Assembly (NCBI GenBank): GCA_963783375.1
Contig: CAWANH010000003.1
Coordinates: 32,001-96,000, forward strand
Length of the DNA: 64,000 nt
Reading direction: 5' to 3'
Source of the DNA: Candidatus Eiseniibacteriota bacterium
GTDB taxonomy: Bacteria > Eisenbacteria > RBG-16-71-46 > JABDJR01
In this document: in pieces, positions 27,276 to 37,458 of the stretch
How positions within the stretch are numbered: position 1 is the first letter of the stretch
Layout: every line of letters starts with the position of its first letter
The notes under the pieces: model-generated
The model's database searches: none
Told to the model about the DNA's origin: nothing
Seen by the model: only the letters and a program-made list of their open reading frames with translations
Position numbers and translations under genes: made by a program

Positions 27276-30137
27276 TCAGTCCGCGGCCGGGGGCAGGTCG
27301 TTCCAGTTCAGGATCACGTTGTAGACGAACCGGAAGTCGGACAGGTTCAGGTAGCGGTGCATGGGGTTGAAGGCGAAAAGGATCACCCTCCCCTTTCCCG
27401 CGGGAACGTCGAGGATGGCCGGCTTCCCGTTCACCGCTCCCTCCCCCTTCACATAGCCGGAGAGCACCAGGCGGTTGTCCGCGGGCTTTCCGGTCCCGGC
27501 GGCCGGTCCGTTCGTCGAACCCTCCGGGTGATCGTCGGGCTTTGCCCCGGCATCCGGCTTCGACCCGGCGTCCCCGTCCTCCGCGTCCTCGTCGTCAACT
27601 TTCTTCGTTCCGAACTGCACCACCGCGTACTTCCGGTGAAGCTTGTCCACGTCGAAGAGCGGGCCGTTCCCCCGAAAGACGTGGGTCAACTCCGGGTAGC
27701 CGTAGGTGATGGGGTGGGCGGGCCGGAGAACCTTGGCCCGGAGCACCGAGCCGGGGGTCTGCGCCGCCCCCCGAGGCGCCGTCGCCACGTCCCGGACCAG
27801 CCCTCCTCCCACCGGCAGGGTGCCGGCGTTGGCCATGGTCACGAACACCCCCCCGTCCCGGAGGAAGGCCTGGAGGTTCAAGAGCCCTTCGAAGCCCATC
27901 CCGCCGGTGATGTCCGGAGACCCGTCGGGGATCCCGTGGCTCGGGTACTTCGCGGTCCTGGTGTAGGCAAGAGGACCGTACTTGGGGTCGATCCCCTGCA
28001 CGATGCTCGTGAAGCGCCCCCAGGTATTGGGGAAGAGGATCACGTCGAACCGGGCCCGGAGCCCGCCCTTCCGCAGATCGTCGTCGTTCACCAGCGTGTA
28101 GGGGATCTTCCCGCGATCGAGGGTGTAACGGACCCATCCGCAGTCCTGGGTGGCGATCCACGTGTGATAGATCCCGACCCGGGGGAGATCCAGGTCGTGG
28201 CGGGGAACGTCGGGGACGGCGTCCGCGGCGACGAATTCCAGGCCGAGCCGGTCGGCCGCCTCGGCCACCGCGTCCCTGGGGGCGTGCACGATCCAGCTTC
28301 CCTCGGGGTAATCCACCCCCCCGGCAGCGAAGGTGGCCTCCGCGGCCTCGACCCGGTACTTCCCCAGGAGGACCCGGGCGGAGAGGAAGGCGGTCTGGCC
28401 GGTGTCCTTCAGAAGGTAAAGGTCGCCCTTCCCCTGCACGCCGCCCGGGAAGAGCACCGGGCCGGTGACCGGATCCATGGCCGCGTCGAGCACCGACTTG
28501 TCGTTCACCCGGCTCCCGTCGACCCCGAACATGAGCCCGAAGGTCCAGGCCACGTCGTCGTAGGGCGGGTTGGGCTCGTTGGCGGGGAACTTCTGTTTCT
28601 CCAGGAAGTTCAAGGCGGCGTTCCGGTAGGGCTGGTCCATGCGCACCACGTAGGTCCCCGCCACCCACACCGTATCCTTGGCCGCGAAGTCCGCGGTCAG
28701 CCGATGGACCTCGATCCCGTGCTTCGCGAGCAGGTTCAGGAGATGGGCCAGCCGGGCGGGGTCGCGCTGAGCGGCGGGGAACACCCAGGCGAAGGGGGCC
28801 TCGCTCTTCCCCCGCTCCACCGCCCGGTTCCCCTTGATCCAGAAGTTGGTGAGCAGCTCCTCCCGGTGCTTGGCCGCGTAGCCGAGCGCCGAGAGCACCC
28901 CGGCCTCCATGTAGTTGGTGTTGTCCCGGAGCGACCAGGTGATCTTCTTGTTCGGGGGCCAGGTGTTGTACCACTGGACGTCGGTGACCGGCTTCCCGGC
29001 GAAGCTCCGTTTGCTCAGGTCGCGCTCGAACGTCCCGGCCATCGAGTTCCCGAAGGTCTCGTAGAAGCGACCGACGGCGTTGTGGTTGTTGGCCACCGAG
29101 AACAGGTAGCCGGGCCACCAGCCGTCCCAGAATCCCCAGGTCCACACCCCCGGAAGCCCCTGGGCCTGAAGCTCGGACACGTCGTGATAGGCGAACTGGG
29201 TCCACTCCCCCACCGTGACCGGGTCCACCGCGTCGGTGTAGGGACCGTGGCCGGTCATCGCGTAGAGCAGGGGGATCGACTCGTGGAGGTCGTGGATCAC
29301 CTGGGGGTGGTACTTCCAGTAGGTGTCGTTCACCGAGCGGGTGAGGGGAAGGGTGAGCTGGATCCCGTCCCGGTTGTTGTCGTGGAGGACGTAGTGCCCC
29401 CAGTAGGGCGGGGAGTTGAACTCGTCCAGCTCCTCGAAGGGGAGATCCCGCCCCTTCAGGTGCCGGTAGTACCACTGGACCACCCGGTCCCGGCCGTCCG
29501 GCTCCATGACCGGGGTGATGAGGACCACATCCTGGGCCCGGATTTCCCGGATCTCGGGCTTCTCGCTCACCGCCAGCCGGTAGGCCAGCTCCATCAGCAT
29601 CTCGGGGGGGCCGGTCTCGGTGGAGTGGAGCCCTCCCATGACGTAGTAGATGACCCGCCCCTCCCGGGCCAGGGACCTCGCCTCCTCGCGCCCGGTCTTC
29701 CGCGGATCGGCCAGCCTGGCGTTGATCTCCCGCCAGCGGTCGATTCCGGCCAGGTTCTCCTCGTCGGAGATGAGGACCAGCAGGATGTCCCGCCCCTCGA
29801 TGCTGGTGCCGATCTTCTCCAACCGCACCCGGGGGCTGGCCGCGGCCAGCTTCCGGTAGTAATCGTAGATCGTGGCGGTGTCCGACAGCTCGTCCGGAGC
29901 CCCGGCCAGGTGCCCGAGCACCCGGGTGGGCGACGGCACGGTCTCCGAAGCGGGGACGTAGGCCACCGACGCCGGGAGGTACTCCGGAGAGGTGGTGTAG
30001 GCGGCGATGGAATCCACGCTCCCCGGTTCCGGGGTGTCGGGGGCGTAGGGCCCCTCCGCAGCCCGGAGCGCGGGGGTCGAGGCCGGATTGCAGAAGAGCG
30101 CGGTGAGGACCGCGATGCGGACGAGTGCGCGTATCAT
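27276..30137 (-). CDS. M14 family zinc carboxypeptidase with C-terminal glutamine-amidotransferase-like domain
   Basis: Signal peptide; GLHSTE (HxxE), PDGRD, DNNRD, HDLHE; PYDDVAWT; FDVILFP. Confidence 0.85.
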   Translation of the reverse strand: MIRALVRIAVLTALFCNPASTPALRAAEGPYAPDTPEPGSVDSIAAYTTSPEYLPASVAYVPASETVPSPTRVLGHLAGAPDELSDTATIYDYYRKLAAASPRVRLEKIGTSIEGRDILLVLISDEENLAGIDRWREINARLADPRKTGREEARSLAREGRVIYYVMGGLHSTETGPPEMLMELAYRLAVSEKPEIREIRAQDVVLITPVMEPDGRDRVVQWYYRHLKGRDLPFEELDEFNSPPYWGHYVLHDNNRDGIQLTLPLTRSVNDTYWKYHPQVIHDLHESIPLLYAMTGHGPYTDAVDPVTVGEWTQFAYHDVSELQAQGLPGVWTWGFWDGWWPGYLFSVANNHNAVGRFYETFGNSMAGTFERDLSKRSFAGKPVTDVQWYNTWPPNKKITWSLRDNTNYMEAGVLSALGYAAKHREELLTNFWIKGNRAVERGKSEAPFAWVFPAAQRDPARLAHLLNLLAKHGIEVHRLTADFAAKDTVWVAGTYVVRMDQPYRNAALNFLEKQKFPANEPNPPYDDVAWTFGLMFGVDGSRVNDKSVLDAAMDPVTGPVLFPGGVQGKGDLYLLKDTGQTAFLSARVLLGKYRVEAAEATFAAGGVDYPEGSWIVHAPRDAVAEAADRLGLEFVAADAVPDVPRHDLDLPRVGIYHTWIATQDCGWVRYTLDRGKIPYTLVNDDDLRKGGLRARFDVILFPNTWGRFTSIVQGIDPKYGPLAYTRTAKYPSHGIPDGSPDITGGMGFEGLLNLQAFLRDGGVFVTMANAGTLPVGGGLVRDVATAPRGAAQTPGSVLRAKVLRPAHPITYGYPELTHVFRGNGPLFDVDKLHRKYAVVQFGTKKVDDEDAEDGDAGSKPDAGAKPDDHPEGSTNGPAAGTGKPADNRLVLSGYVKGEGAVNGKPAILDVPAGKGRVILFAFNPMHRYLNLSDFRFVYNVILNWNDLPPAAD

Positions 30138-30158
30138 GTGGATTCCCCCCTGGAAGGA

Positions 30159-30632
30159 TCAGTCCTGGTCGGCGAGGAGGCGGCGGAGCGCGCGGATCTG
30201 GCCCGCGTGGTAGGTCAGGTGGCCGAGGAGCCGGACGAGGTAGGCGTGAACCGGCCCCCCGCCCGGAAAGGTGTCCACCGGAGCGGCGTCGTTCAGACCG
30301 CGGGGATCGAAGGCCAGGAGAGCGGTCCGGGTCTCCACGCACGCCTCGTCCCACATCTCGAGGACCCGGCCCTTCCCCGCCCAGGACTCGGCCTCGAATT
30401 CGCGGTCCCGCTGGCGCTCGTAGTCGGAACCGGCCAGCAGGTGTCCGATGAAATGCCTCAGGTTTCCGGTCAGGTGCAGGGCGAGGTTGGCCGGGGAGAC
30501 CATCTCCGGAATCGGGCGATTCCAGATACCGCTCTCGGGTATCGCCTCCAGGTCGGCCCTCACCGAATTGCGATAGCGTTCCACCATGTCCGCGGCGTCG
30601 GCCAGGAGGCCGCCTTCCGTCATCTCGGTCAT
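30159..30632 (-). CDS. DinB/DUF1572 family protein
   Basis: SPANLALHLTGNLRHFIG...RQRDREF...HLTYHAGQI; ATGA overlap with the kinase stop. Confidence 0.85.
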   Translation of the reverse strand: MTEMTEGGLLADAADMVERYRNSVRADLEAIPESGIWNRPIPEMVSPANLALHLTGNLRHFIGHLLAGSDYERQRDREFEAESWAGKGRVLEMWDEACVETRTALLAFDPRGLNDAAPVDTFPGGGPVHAYLVRLLGHLTYHAGQIRALRRLLADQD

Positions 30633-32194
30633 TGGGTTCCTCCGGCCGGCATGAGTCGTCTTACCCGTTCCACCACCGCCTCGGGCGAGAAGGGCTTGGC
30701 CAGGAAGCTCTCGCTCTCCAGCCCGGGGATGCCCTCCAGGCTCTCGGGGGCCGCCCCCGACATGTATAGCACGCGGAGGCCGGGTCGAAGCGCCTTCAGG
30801 CGCGTCCCCAGCTCCCCTCCGTTCATGTCCGGCATGTCCATGTCGGTGAGGAGCAGCCGTATGCTTCCGTCCTCGTGAAAGAGCCTCAACGCCTCCGTCC
30901 CTCGCGCGGCCTCGCGGACCCGGTAGCCTTCCCGGACCAGCACCTGAACCACCAGCCGGCGGAGCGCCGGCTCGTCCTCCACCACCAGGATGCACCCGCC
31001 CGCGGCCGCCGGCTCGGCGCTTCGGGCGGGAACCGGGCGCGGAGCGCCGCCTCCGGCGGCGGCCGCGCTCGGCAGGTAGATGTTGAAGGTGGATCCCATG
31101 CCGACGGCGCTGGTCACCTCGATGAAGCCCCCGGCCTGTCGCACGATCCCGTAGATGATGGCCAGCCCGAGCCCGGTCCCGTGTTCCTTGGAGGTGAAGA
31201 ACGGTTCGAAGATCCGCTCCTGGGTGACCGGGTCCATGCCTGTCCCGGTGTCGGAAAAGGTCAGCCGGACGTGAGCCTTCTTGGCGGGCTCTCCCGGGGG
31301 AATCGGGAGCGGATCGTCCACCTCCGCGTTGGCGGTCTCGATGAGGATCTCCCCCCCTTCGGGCATGGCGTCGCGGCCGTTCACCGTGAGGTTGATCAGC
31401 ACCTGTTCGACCTGACTCCGGTCCGCCATCACCGGGCCGAGCCCGGGGTCGAGCCGGGTGGTGAGCTCGATCCCCCGCCCCACCGTTCTCCGGAGGAACC
31501 GCGACATCTCGTCCACCACCTCGTTCAGATTCAGGATCCGGGGCTCGACCGTCCGATGGCGGCTGACCGCCAGGAGCTGATGGGTGAGCGCCATCCCCCG
31601 CTCCGCCGCCTCGAGGATCGCCTGCACGTCCTGCCCCATCTCGGGGTCGCCCTGCGCCCGCTCGGCCAGGGTCTGGGCGTACCCGCGCACCACCCCCAGG
31701 ATGTTGTCGAAGTCGTGGGCGATCCCGCCGGCCAGCCTCCCCACCGCCTCCATCTTCTGGGACTGGCGGAGCTGCTCCTCGAGGCGCTTCCGCTCGGTGT
31801 TGTCCAGGACGAACCCGTGGATCTCCTTCAGCTCGCCCCGCTCGTCGAACACCCCGATCAGGTTCTCCACCAGGTGGACGGGCGTCCCGTCCACCCGCCG
31901 GCACTCGATCTCGTGGAGCTCGAGCTTCCGATGCCGGGCCAGGAGCTCCAGGAGCCGGCCCCGGGACTCCGGGGTGTGGTAGTGGAGGTTGGCGTTGCTC
32001 GACGCCGCCTCGGCCGGCGACGCGTAGCCGAAGATGCGGGCGAAGGCCGCGTTGCAGCTCAGGATGCGTCCGTCCGGCGAGCTGACGAAGTCGCCGGTCA
32101 GGTCGTCGTCGAAGAACCGGCGGTAGCCGGCGGTGGCGTCCCGGTCCCCGGGCGGATGGGCGGAGGGATCGCGCGAATCGGATGCTTGGTTCAT
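30629..32194 (-). CDS. Hybrid sensor histidine kinase (PAS-HisKA-HATPase-REC, CckA-like)
   Basis: QSQKMEAVGRLAGGIAHDF, NLTVNGRDAM, DTGTGM, FEPFFTSK, GTGLGL, LLLTDMDMP, KPF. Confidence 0.92.
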   Translation of the reverse strand: MNQASDSRDPSAHPPGDRDATAGYRRFFDDDLTGDFVSSPDGRILSCNAAFARIFGYASPAEAASSNANLHYHTPESRGRLLELLARHRKLELHEIECRRVDGTPVHLVENLIGVFDERGELKEIHGFVLDNTERKRLEEQLRQSQKMEAVGRLAGGIAHDFDNILGVVRGYAQTLAERAQGDPEMGQDVQAILEAAERGMALTHQLLAVSRHRTVEPRILNLNEVVDEMSRFLRRTVGRGIELTTRLDPGLGPVMADRSQVEQVLINLTVNGRDAMPEGGEILIETANAEVDDPLPIPPGEPAKKAHVRLTFSDTGTGMDPVTQERIFEPFFTSKEHGTGLGLAIIYGIVRQAGGFIEVTSAVGMGSTFNIYLPSAAAAGGGAPRPVPARSAEPAAAGGCILVVEDEPALRRLVVQVLVREGYRVREAARGTEALRLFHEDGSIRLLLTDMDMPDMNGGELGTRLKALRPGLRVLYMSGAAPESLEGIPGLESESFLAKPFSPEAVVERVRRLMPAGGTQ

Positions 32195-32236
32195 CGTTCG
32201 GTCTCGGGAGGCGGGGGAATCCTCACGGGCGGAGGC

Positions 32237-32509
32237 TCACGACGGAACGTCGACTTCGTCCACCACCCCCACGATGACCGCGCGCACCGGACCCTTCGGG
32301 TCGCGGGTCACCTGCCGGGCGGAATTTCCCTCGTCGATCAGTAGGACAAGCTCGCCCGCCCCCGCGTCCACGGAATCAAGGGCGATGACGTAGCGGCCGT
32401 CGGGTCGGAGCGCGCCGTCCACCCGGTCCACGATGAGGAGCCGTCGCCCCCCGTAGAAGGGGTGGTGCACCGTCGAAACCACGGTGCCGCTGACGCGTCC
32501 AAGGAACAT
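32237..32509 (-). CDS. BMC pentamer (EutN/CcmL family)
   Basis: MFLGRVSGTVVST...IALDSVDAGAGELVL...GNSAR...AVIVGVVD. Confidence 0.92.
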   Translation of the reverse strand: MFLGRVSGTVVSTVHHPFYGGRRLLIVDRVDGALRPDGRYVIALDSVDAGAGELVLLIDEGNSARQVTRDPKGPVRAVIVGVVDEVDVPS

Positions 32510-32512
32510 GGT

Positions 32513-32782
32513 TCAGAGGTCCTCGACGTGGTCCACGATCCCCACGATGGCGTGATCCACGGGAACGAAGGTTTCGGGCAGGGCGACCGCGGCCTCGCGG
32601 CCGCCGATGAAATATACCAGCTCTTCGGGGCCGGCCTGGGCGGTGGCGTCGGCGCAGACCAGGAGGTCCCCCGCCGGCTGGAGCGTCCGGTCGAGGGGCT
32701 GGACCAGGAGCATCTTGACCCCCTCGAGCCCCTCGCTCTTGACCGTGGCCACCAGGGTGCCGCGCACCCGTCCCAGTTGCAT
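32513..32782 (-). CDS. BMC pentamer (EutN/CcmL family)
   Basis: MQLGRVRGTLVATVK...AGPEELV...PVDHAIVGIVD. Confidence 0.92.
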   Translation of the reverse strand: MQLGRVRGTLVATVKSEGLEGVKMLLVQPLDRTLQPAGDLLVCADATAQAGPEELVYFIGGREAAVALPETFVPVDHAIVGIVDHVEDL

Positions 32783-33408
32783 CAGCCTTCCGTCTGGTTC
32801 CACTGGGTCGCGAAGCGCGTCCCGGCGATGATGTTCTCGGCCATCTCCTCGTGGAGGCGCGGGATGACCACCTGCTGGAGCAGGTTCCCGGGATCGATCA
32901 CCCCGGCGCCGATCTCCACCGCGGCCTCGACGTCGGTCTGCTCCCCCGCGAAGAGACAGAACGCTTTTCCGCCCAGTCCGTTGGCCAGCCGGATCTCCAC
33001 CAGGGACACGCGCGCCCCCTTCATCCCGGCGTCCGCCGCCCGTATCACCGAGGCGGTGGTGCGGGTCTCGATCACCCCCAGGGTGTCGATGGGTCCGGGC
33101 CGGCGCGCCCCCGCCACCGCGTTCCCCACCTCCGGGTGAACGTCGGGGAGGAACAGCCGGTCCACCAGGGACGGCGCGCCCGCGGCCTCGCCCGCGGCCA
33201 GCGCTTCCTCCACGCTGGCCACGTCCCCGTCCACCAGGACGAGGTACTTCCCGGGCTGGACGCTCCCCGCCACCAGGGCCCGGACCGGGGCCTTCTTCAC
33301 CATGGCGTCGCCGGCGCGCATGCCCAGGGCGATGCTCGAGAACTCCAGGAGGCCCACCGCGGGAACGGTGATCCCGGGGGCGAGGTCCGCGGCTTCGATC
33401 GGGTCCAT
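32782..33408 (-). CDS. Tandem BMC shell protein (BMC-T, PduT-like)
   Basis: Two BMC domains: AVGLLEFSSIA...ADAMVK-like and LGVIET...AADAGMK...GLGGK...VIPRLH. Confidence 0.9.
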   Translation of the reverse strand: MDPIEAADLAPGITVPAVGLLEFSSIALGMRAGDAMVKKAPVRALVAGSVQPGKYLVLVDGDVASVEEALAAGEAAGAPSLVDRLFLPDVHPEVGNAVAGARRPGPIDTLGVIETRTTASVIRAADAGMKGARVSLVEIRLANGLGGKAFCLFAGEQTDVEAAVEIGAGVIDPGNLLQQVVIPRLHEEMAENIIAGTRFATQWNQTEG

Positions 33409-33421
33409 GGCGATTCCGTCC

Positions 33422-34858
33422 TCAGACGATCCGGAAGCGGTCCACCAGCACGCAGCGGCGCCAGCGGGTGAAGGTGCGGGCGCGGGTCATCCCCTCGCCG
33501 GTGGGGCTGGCGATGGAGAACGATGTGAACCCCTCGCCTCCCGCCCCGAGGCCGGCCAGGCACGACCCGTTCTTGACGAAGATGGAGCAGTCCATGACCC
33601 GGGCCATGCGGCTCAGGGCGTCCACGTTCCGGGAGTGCATGGTCGCGGTGTGGCGGAAGTTGTGCTCGGCCCGCTTGGCCAGGTCGATCCCCTGGTCCAC
33701 GTCCCGCACCCGGGCCAGCGGCATGACCGGCATCATCTGCTCGGTCCACACCAGCGGGTGATCCACCGGCACGTCGACCAGGATCATGCGGGTCTCGTCC
33801 GGCACGGTGATCCCGATCTCCTTCAGGATCACCGAGGCGTTCTTCCCGATCATCTCCTTCTTCACCACCCCGGGCTTCCCCGGTCCGCGGATCTCGGTGA
33901 AGATCGCCTTCTCCAGCTTGCGGAGCTGCCAGCCGTTCAGCTCGAAGGCCCCCGCCGCCACCATGGCCTTCTTCAGGCGGTCGGCCACCGAGTCCACGCA
34001 GATCGTCTCCTTCTCGGTGGTGCAGACGATCTGGTTGTCGAAGGAGCCCCCGCGGACGATGTCCGCCCCGGCCTTCTCCAGGTCCGCGGTCTCGTCCACC
34101 ACCGCGGGCGGGTTCCCCGGCCCCGCGCAGATGGCCCGCTTGCCGCTGGCCATGGCCTCCTTCACCACCCCCGGCCCCCCGGTGACCAGGAGCAGGTTCA
34201 CGTCCTTGTGGCGCATCAGCTCCTGGGCGCTCTGGATGGTGGGGGTGGCCACGCAGGTGATGAGGTTGGGCGGCCCCCCCGCGGCCACGATGGCCTGGTT
34301 CAGGAGCTGCACCGTCTTGGCCGAGCAGTTCTTGGCGTTGGGATGGGGGTTGAACACCACCGCGTTTCCGGCGGAGAGGATCCCGATGGAGTTGTTGATG
34401 ATGGTGGCGGTGGGGTTGGTGGTCGGAGTGATCGAGGCCACCACGCCGAACGGGGCCAGCTCCATCAGGGTGAGGCCGTGGTCCCCGGTATGGACCAGCG
34501 GCTCCAGGTCCTCGGGACCCGGGCTCTTGTTGGTGACCAGGAGGTTCTTCTCGATCTTGTCCTCGTAGCGCCCGAGGCCGGTCTCCTCCCGCGCCATCCA
34601 GGACAGGAGCTGGGCGTTGTGGCGCATGGCCACCCGCATCTGGGCCACGATGTCGTAGCGGAGCGCGAGGGTGCGCCCGCTCATGTCGCTCTGGGCGGAG
34701 CGGGCCGCGGCGACCGCGCTCTCCACGTCGGCGAAGATGCCGTCGGAGCCCGGCTGGGGGGGAGGCGGCAGAGGCCTCCCCTCCGGGGTGTTCCCCTCGC
34801 GGAGGCCCCCCAGGACCTCGGTGACCGCGCGGTTGATCTCCTCGCGGGAGATGCTCAT
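33422..34858 (-). CDS. CoA-acylating aldehyde dehydrogenase (EutE/PduP) with N-terminal encapsulation peptide
   Basis: ETGLGRYEDK, PTTNPT, TGGPGVV, AGPGNPP, FDNQIVCTTEK, TEQMMP, IASPTGEG; EP ISREEINRAVTEVLGGL. Confidence 0.92.
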   Translation of the reverse strand: MSISREEINRAVTEVLGGLREGNTPEGRPLPPPPQPGSDGIFADVESAVAAARSAQSDMSGRTLALRYDIVAQMRVAMRHNAQLLSWMAREETGLGRYEDKIEKNLLVTNKSPGPEDLEPLVHTGDHGLTLMELAPFGVVASITPTTNPTATIINNSIGILSAGNAVVFNPHPNAKNCSAKTVQLLNQAIVAAGGPPNLITCVATPTIQSAQELMRHKDVNLLLVTGGPGVVKEAMASGKRAICAGPGNPPAVVDETADLEKAGADIVRGGSFDNQIVCTTEKETICVDSVADRLKKAMVAAGAFELNGWQLRKLEKAIFTEIRGPGKPGVVKKEMIGKNASVILKEIGITVPDETRMILVDVPVDHPLVWTEQMMPVMPLARVRDVDQGIDLAKRAEHNFRHTATMHSRNVDALSRMARVMDCSIFVKNGSCLAGLGAGGEGFTSFSIASPTGEGMTRARTFTRWRRCVLVDRFRIV

Positions 34859-34870
34859 CCGCTCCTCCTG

Positions 34871-35167
34871 CTATTCCTTGGACTTGTCATACACGCGCTC
34901 GGAGTCCACTTCCCAGGTGTCCACGATGGCCATGACCACCGCGTCGCAGGGACGATCCTGGGTGTACCGGGTCTGCCGGGCGCTGGAGCCGGTGGCGAAG
35001 AGGACGACCTCGCCGACCCCCGCCCCCACGCCGTCGGCCGCGACCACGAAGGTCGCGGTGTTCTTTCCGTCCGCGGAGATCTGCCGGAGCAGGAGGAACT
35101 TGAGCCCCTCCAGGGTCTCCTCCTTCCGGCTGGCCACCACGGTGCCCACCACCCGAGCGAGAAGCAT
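34871..35167 (-). CDS. BMC pentamer (EutN/CcmL family)
   Basis: [15 protein letters not shown]...[20 protein letters not shown]...DAVVMAIVD. Confidence 0.93.
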   Translation of the reverse strand: MLLARVVGTVVASRKEETLEGLKFLLLRQISADGKNTATFVVAADGVGAGVGEVVLFATGSSARQTRYTQDRPCDAVVMAIVDTWEVDSERVYDKSKE

Positions 35168-35224
35168 GGGTTCTCCTTGAGCACGGCGGCCGGGGCGGCG
35201 CCCCGGCCGCGCGCGTCGTGGTTC

Positions 35225-35536
35225 CTACTTGCCCCCGCCCATCTCGGCCTTGGCTTCCTTGGCCCGGCCGAGGGGAAGGGCGATGTCCACGTTGACGTGA
35301 GGCCGGGGGATGACGTGCACGCTCACCACCTCGCCGACCCGTTCCGCCCCGCGGGCGCCGGCGTCGAGCGCGGCCTTGACCGCGGCCACGTCGCCGCGAA
35401 CGATGGCGGTCACGTAACCGCCCCCGATCTTCTCGTAGGACACCAGCTCCACCTTCGCCGCCTTGACCATGGCGTCGGCGGCTTCCACCATCGCCGCGAA
35501 TCCGCGGGTTTCAATCATGCCGAGCGCTTCTGCCAT
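35225..35536 (-). CDS. BMC hexamer (EutM/PduA-like)
   Basis: ALGMIETRG...[10 protein letters not shown]...GDVAAVKAA...VHVIPRPH. Confidence 0.95.
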   Translation of the reverse strand: MAEALGMIETRGFAAMVEAADAMVKAAKVELVSYEKIGGGYVTAIVRGDVAAVKAALDAGARGAERVGEVVSVHVIPRPHVNVDIALPLGRAKEAKAEMGGGK

Positions 35537-35758
35537 CGCTCCCTCCGTGTTCCTGGGTTCCGGCCGCCGCCGGGGGCGGGACCGATTTTTCGTCGCCTCG
35601 TTCGATCAGGTCCGTACGGCCGTTCCCGTCCTTCGGGCCCGACCCTTCCGAGTTCCTTGGGCCGGCGGGGGGCCCTCCAGAGGGCCGCATGGACCCTCCG
35701 CCTCCCCGTCGGCCGCAAGACGTCCGCCGTCCATCGGCGTCTTCCGGTGTCGTTCCGG

Positions 35759-36388
35759 TCAGCTCTCGCGCCCGGTGAGGCCGGCGATCGCCGCCTCCGC
35801 CGCGCGGAATCCCACGTCGATGTCCCGCTCTTCCCCGCCCAGATAGATCCGCCCGAAGGAGCCGAAGGCCCGCACCTCCAGGATGTTGATGTCCGCCGCC
35901 TTCTCCGCCTCGTTGGCGGCCAGGGCGGCGTAGGCCGCGGGCTCGAGTTCCATCACGTACAAGCTGTGTCCCGGCACCAGCATGTTACCGTGCCGCATCC
36001 GGTTGATGAGCTGGGCCTGGAGCGGATCCACCAGCCGGATGACCTGGCTCGAGAGCACCTTGGGCTTCCGCCGATCGTGCTCCTCCAGGCCCAATGCGTC
36101 CAGGATCGCCTGCCCCGCCTGCCGGACGTCCCCCTGGGAATCGGAGTGCACCTCCAGGAGGCCGTAGAGCCGCTCCACCACCTGCATGCCGGGAAAGACC
36201 CGGGTGGCCTTGACCGCGATGTCGGTGATGCGGTTGATCTCGATCCCCGGGGAGATCTCGACGTAAAGGCAGGCCTGGCCGGGAACCGGCAGGAACCCCC
36301 CCGCCACCGTGCCCAGGAACGCCGCGTGCTGCGGCTGCAGGCTGTCCAAAAAGACGTAGGAGCGCAAGTCGATATTCGTCTTGGCCAT
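35759..36388 (-). CDS. Permuted tandem BMC shell protein (CcmP/CsoS1D-like, gated pore type)
   Basis: [13 protein letters not shown]...EISPGIEIN...[12 protein letters not shown]...QLINR...AANEAEKAA...GSFGR. Confidence 0.9.
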   Translation of the reverse strand: MAKTNIDLRSYVFLDSLQPQHAAFLGTVAGGFLPVPGQACLYVEISPGIEINRITDIAVKATRVFPGMQVVERLYGLLEVHSDSQGDVRQAGQAILDALGLEEHDRRKPKVLSSQVIRLVDPLQAQLINRMRHGNMLVPGHSLYVMELEPAAYAALAANEAEKAADINILEVRAFGSFGRIYLGGEERDIDVGFRAAEAAIAGLTGRES

Positions 36389-37458
36389 CAATAAGGTCCT
36401 TTCGAGACGGGGCCGGCCACCGTCTCCCCCTCGGCTTCCTTCACGATGCGGACCCCGGCCGAGGCCCCGATGCGGGTGGCCCCCGCCTCGATCATCCCCA
36501 GGGCGTCCACGTAGTTCCTGATCCCGCCCGCCGCCTTGACCCCCATCCCCGGTCCCACCGTGGATCGCATGATGGCCACGTCGCGGATGGTGGCCCCGCC
36601 GGAGGCGAAGCCGGTCGAGGTCTTCACGAACTCGGCGTGGGCGCGCTTGGCCAGGAGGCAGGCCACGACCTTCTCCTCGTCGGTGAGGAGCGCGGCCTCG
36701 ATGATCACCTTCACCAGCACCGACGACTCGTGGCAGGCCTCCACCACCGCGCGGATGTCCTCCTCCACCAGGTCGTAGTCCCCGCTCTTGAGCGCCCCCA
36801 CGTTGATCACCATGTCCACCTCGCGGGCCCCCTCGCGGATGGCCTTGCGGGCCTCGAAGGCCTTGGCCGCCGGGGTGGTGGCCCCCAGGGGGAATCCCAC
36901 CACGGTGCAGACCACGGCCTCGGCCCCGGCGAGTTCCCGGGCGCAGAGCTTGACGAAGCTCGGGTTCACGCACACCGAGGCGAAGTGGTACTGGCGGGCT
37001 TCGGCGCAGAGCTTCTTGATCTGCTCCTCGGTGGCGTCGGGCTTGAGGAGCGTGTGGTCGATGTAGCGCGCGATGTCCCGGGGGACGGCGTGGCTCCCCG
37101 GGGTGCCGCTGAAGCGCGAGGCTCCCGCGGCCACGAAGGACCGCATGGTCTCCGGGCTCTTCTGCTCCGGGGTGGCGCTTCGGGCCCGGTCCTCGGAGTC
37201 GGCGGGGTTCGGATGCACGAACGCGGGCTGGGTGTGGTGTCCCCTGGCCGTGGGCGCGCGCGCGGCGGGAGGCTCGTAGGGCCGGTAGGAGCGCTGGTAG
37301 GCGGTGAGGTCGGCGGCGCGGTCGGGCCGGTCCGCCGGGGACTTGCCGGGGGCATCGGTCGCGGCCGGCGGGGCGTTCGGCGTCTCGCCCCGGGCCTCGC
37401 GGAGCCGGGCCATCACCTCCTGGGTGATCCGGTCGACCAGGGCGTCCCGTTCGCTCAT
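36388..37458 (-). CDS. deoC: Deoxyribose-phosphate aldolase with N-terminal encapsulation peptide and long linker
   Basis: [55 protein letters not shown]; [18 protein letters not shown]. Confidence 0.93.
   Translation of the reverse strand: MSERDALVDRITQEVMARLREARGETPNAPPAATDAPGKSPADRPDRAADLTAYQRSYRPYEPPAARAPTARGHHTQPAFVHPNPADSEDRARSATPEQKSPETMRSFVAAGASRFSGTPGSHAVPRDIARYIDHTLLKPDATEEQIKKLCAEARQYHFASVCVNPSFVKLCARELAGAEAVVCTVVGFPLGATTPAAKAFEARKAIREGAREVDMVINVGALKSGDYDLVEEDIRAVVEACHESSVLVKVIIEAALLTDEEKVVACLLAKRAHAEFVKTSTGFASGGATIRDVAIMRSTVGPGMGVKAAGGIRNYVDALGMIEAGATRIGASAGVRIVKEAEGETVAGPVSKGPY

Noticed and set aside
35537-35758. ncRNA or missing gene inside the BMC operon
   Set aside because: No credible ORF or recognisable structure; probably an internal promoter or UTR for the abundant BMC-H gene.
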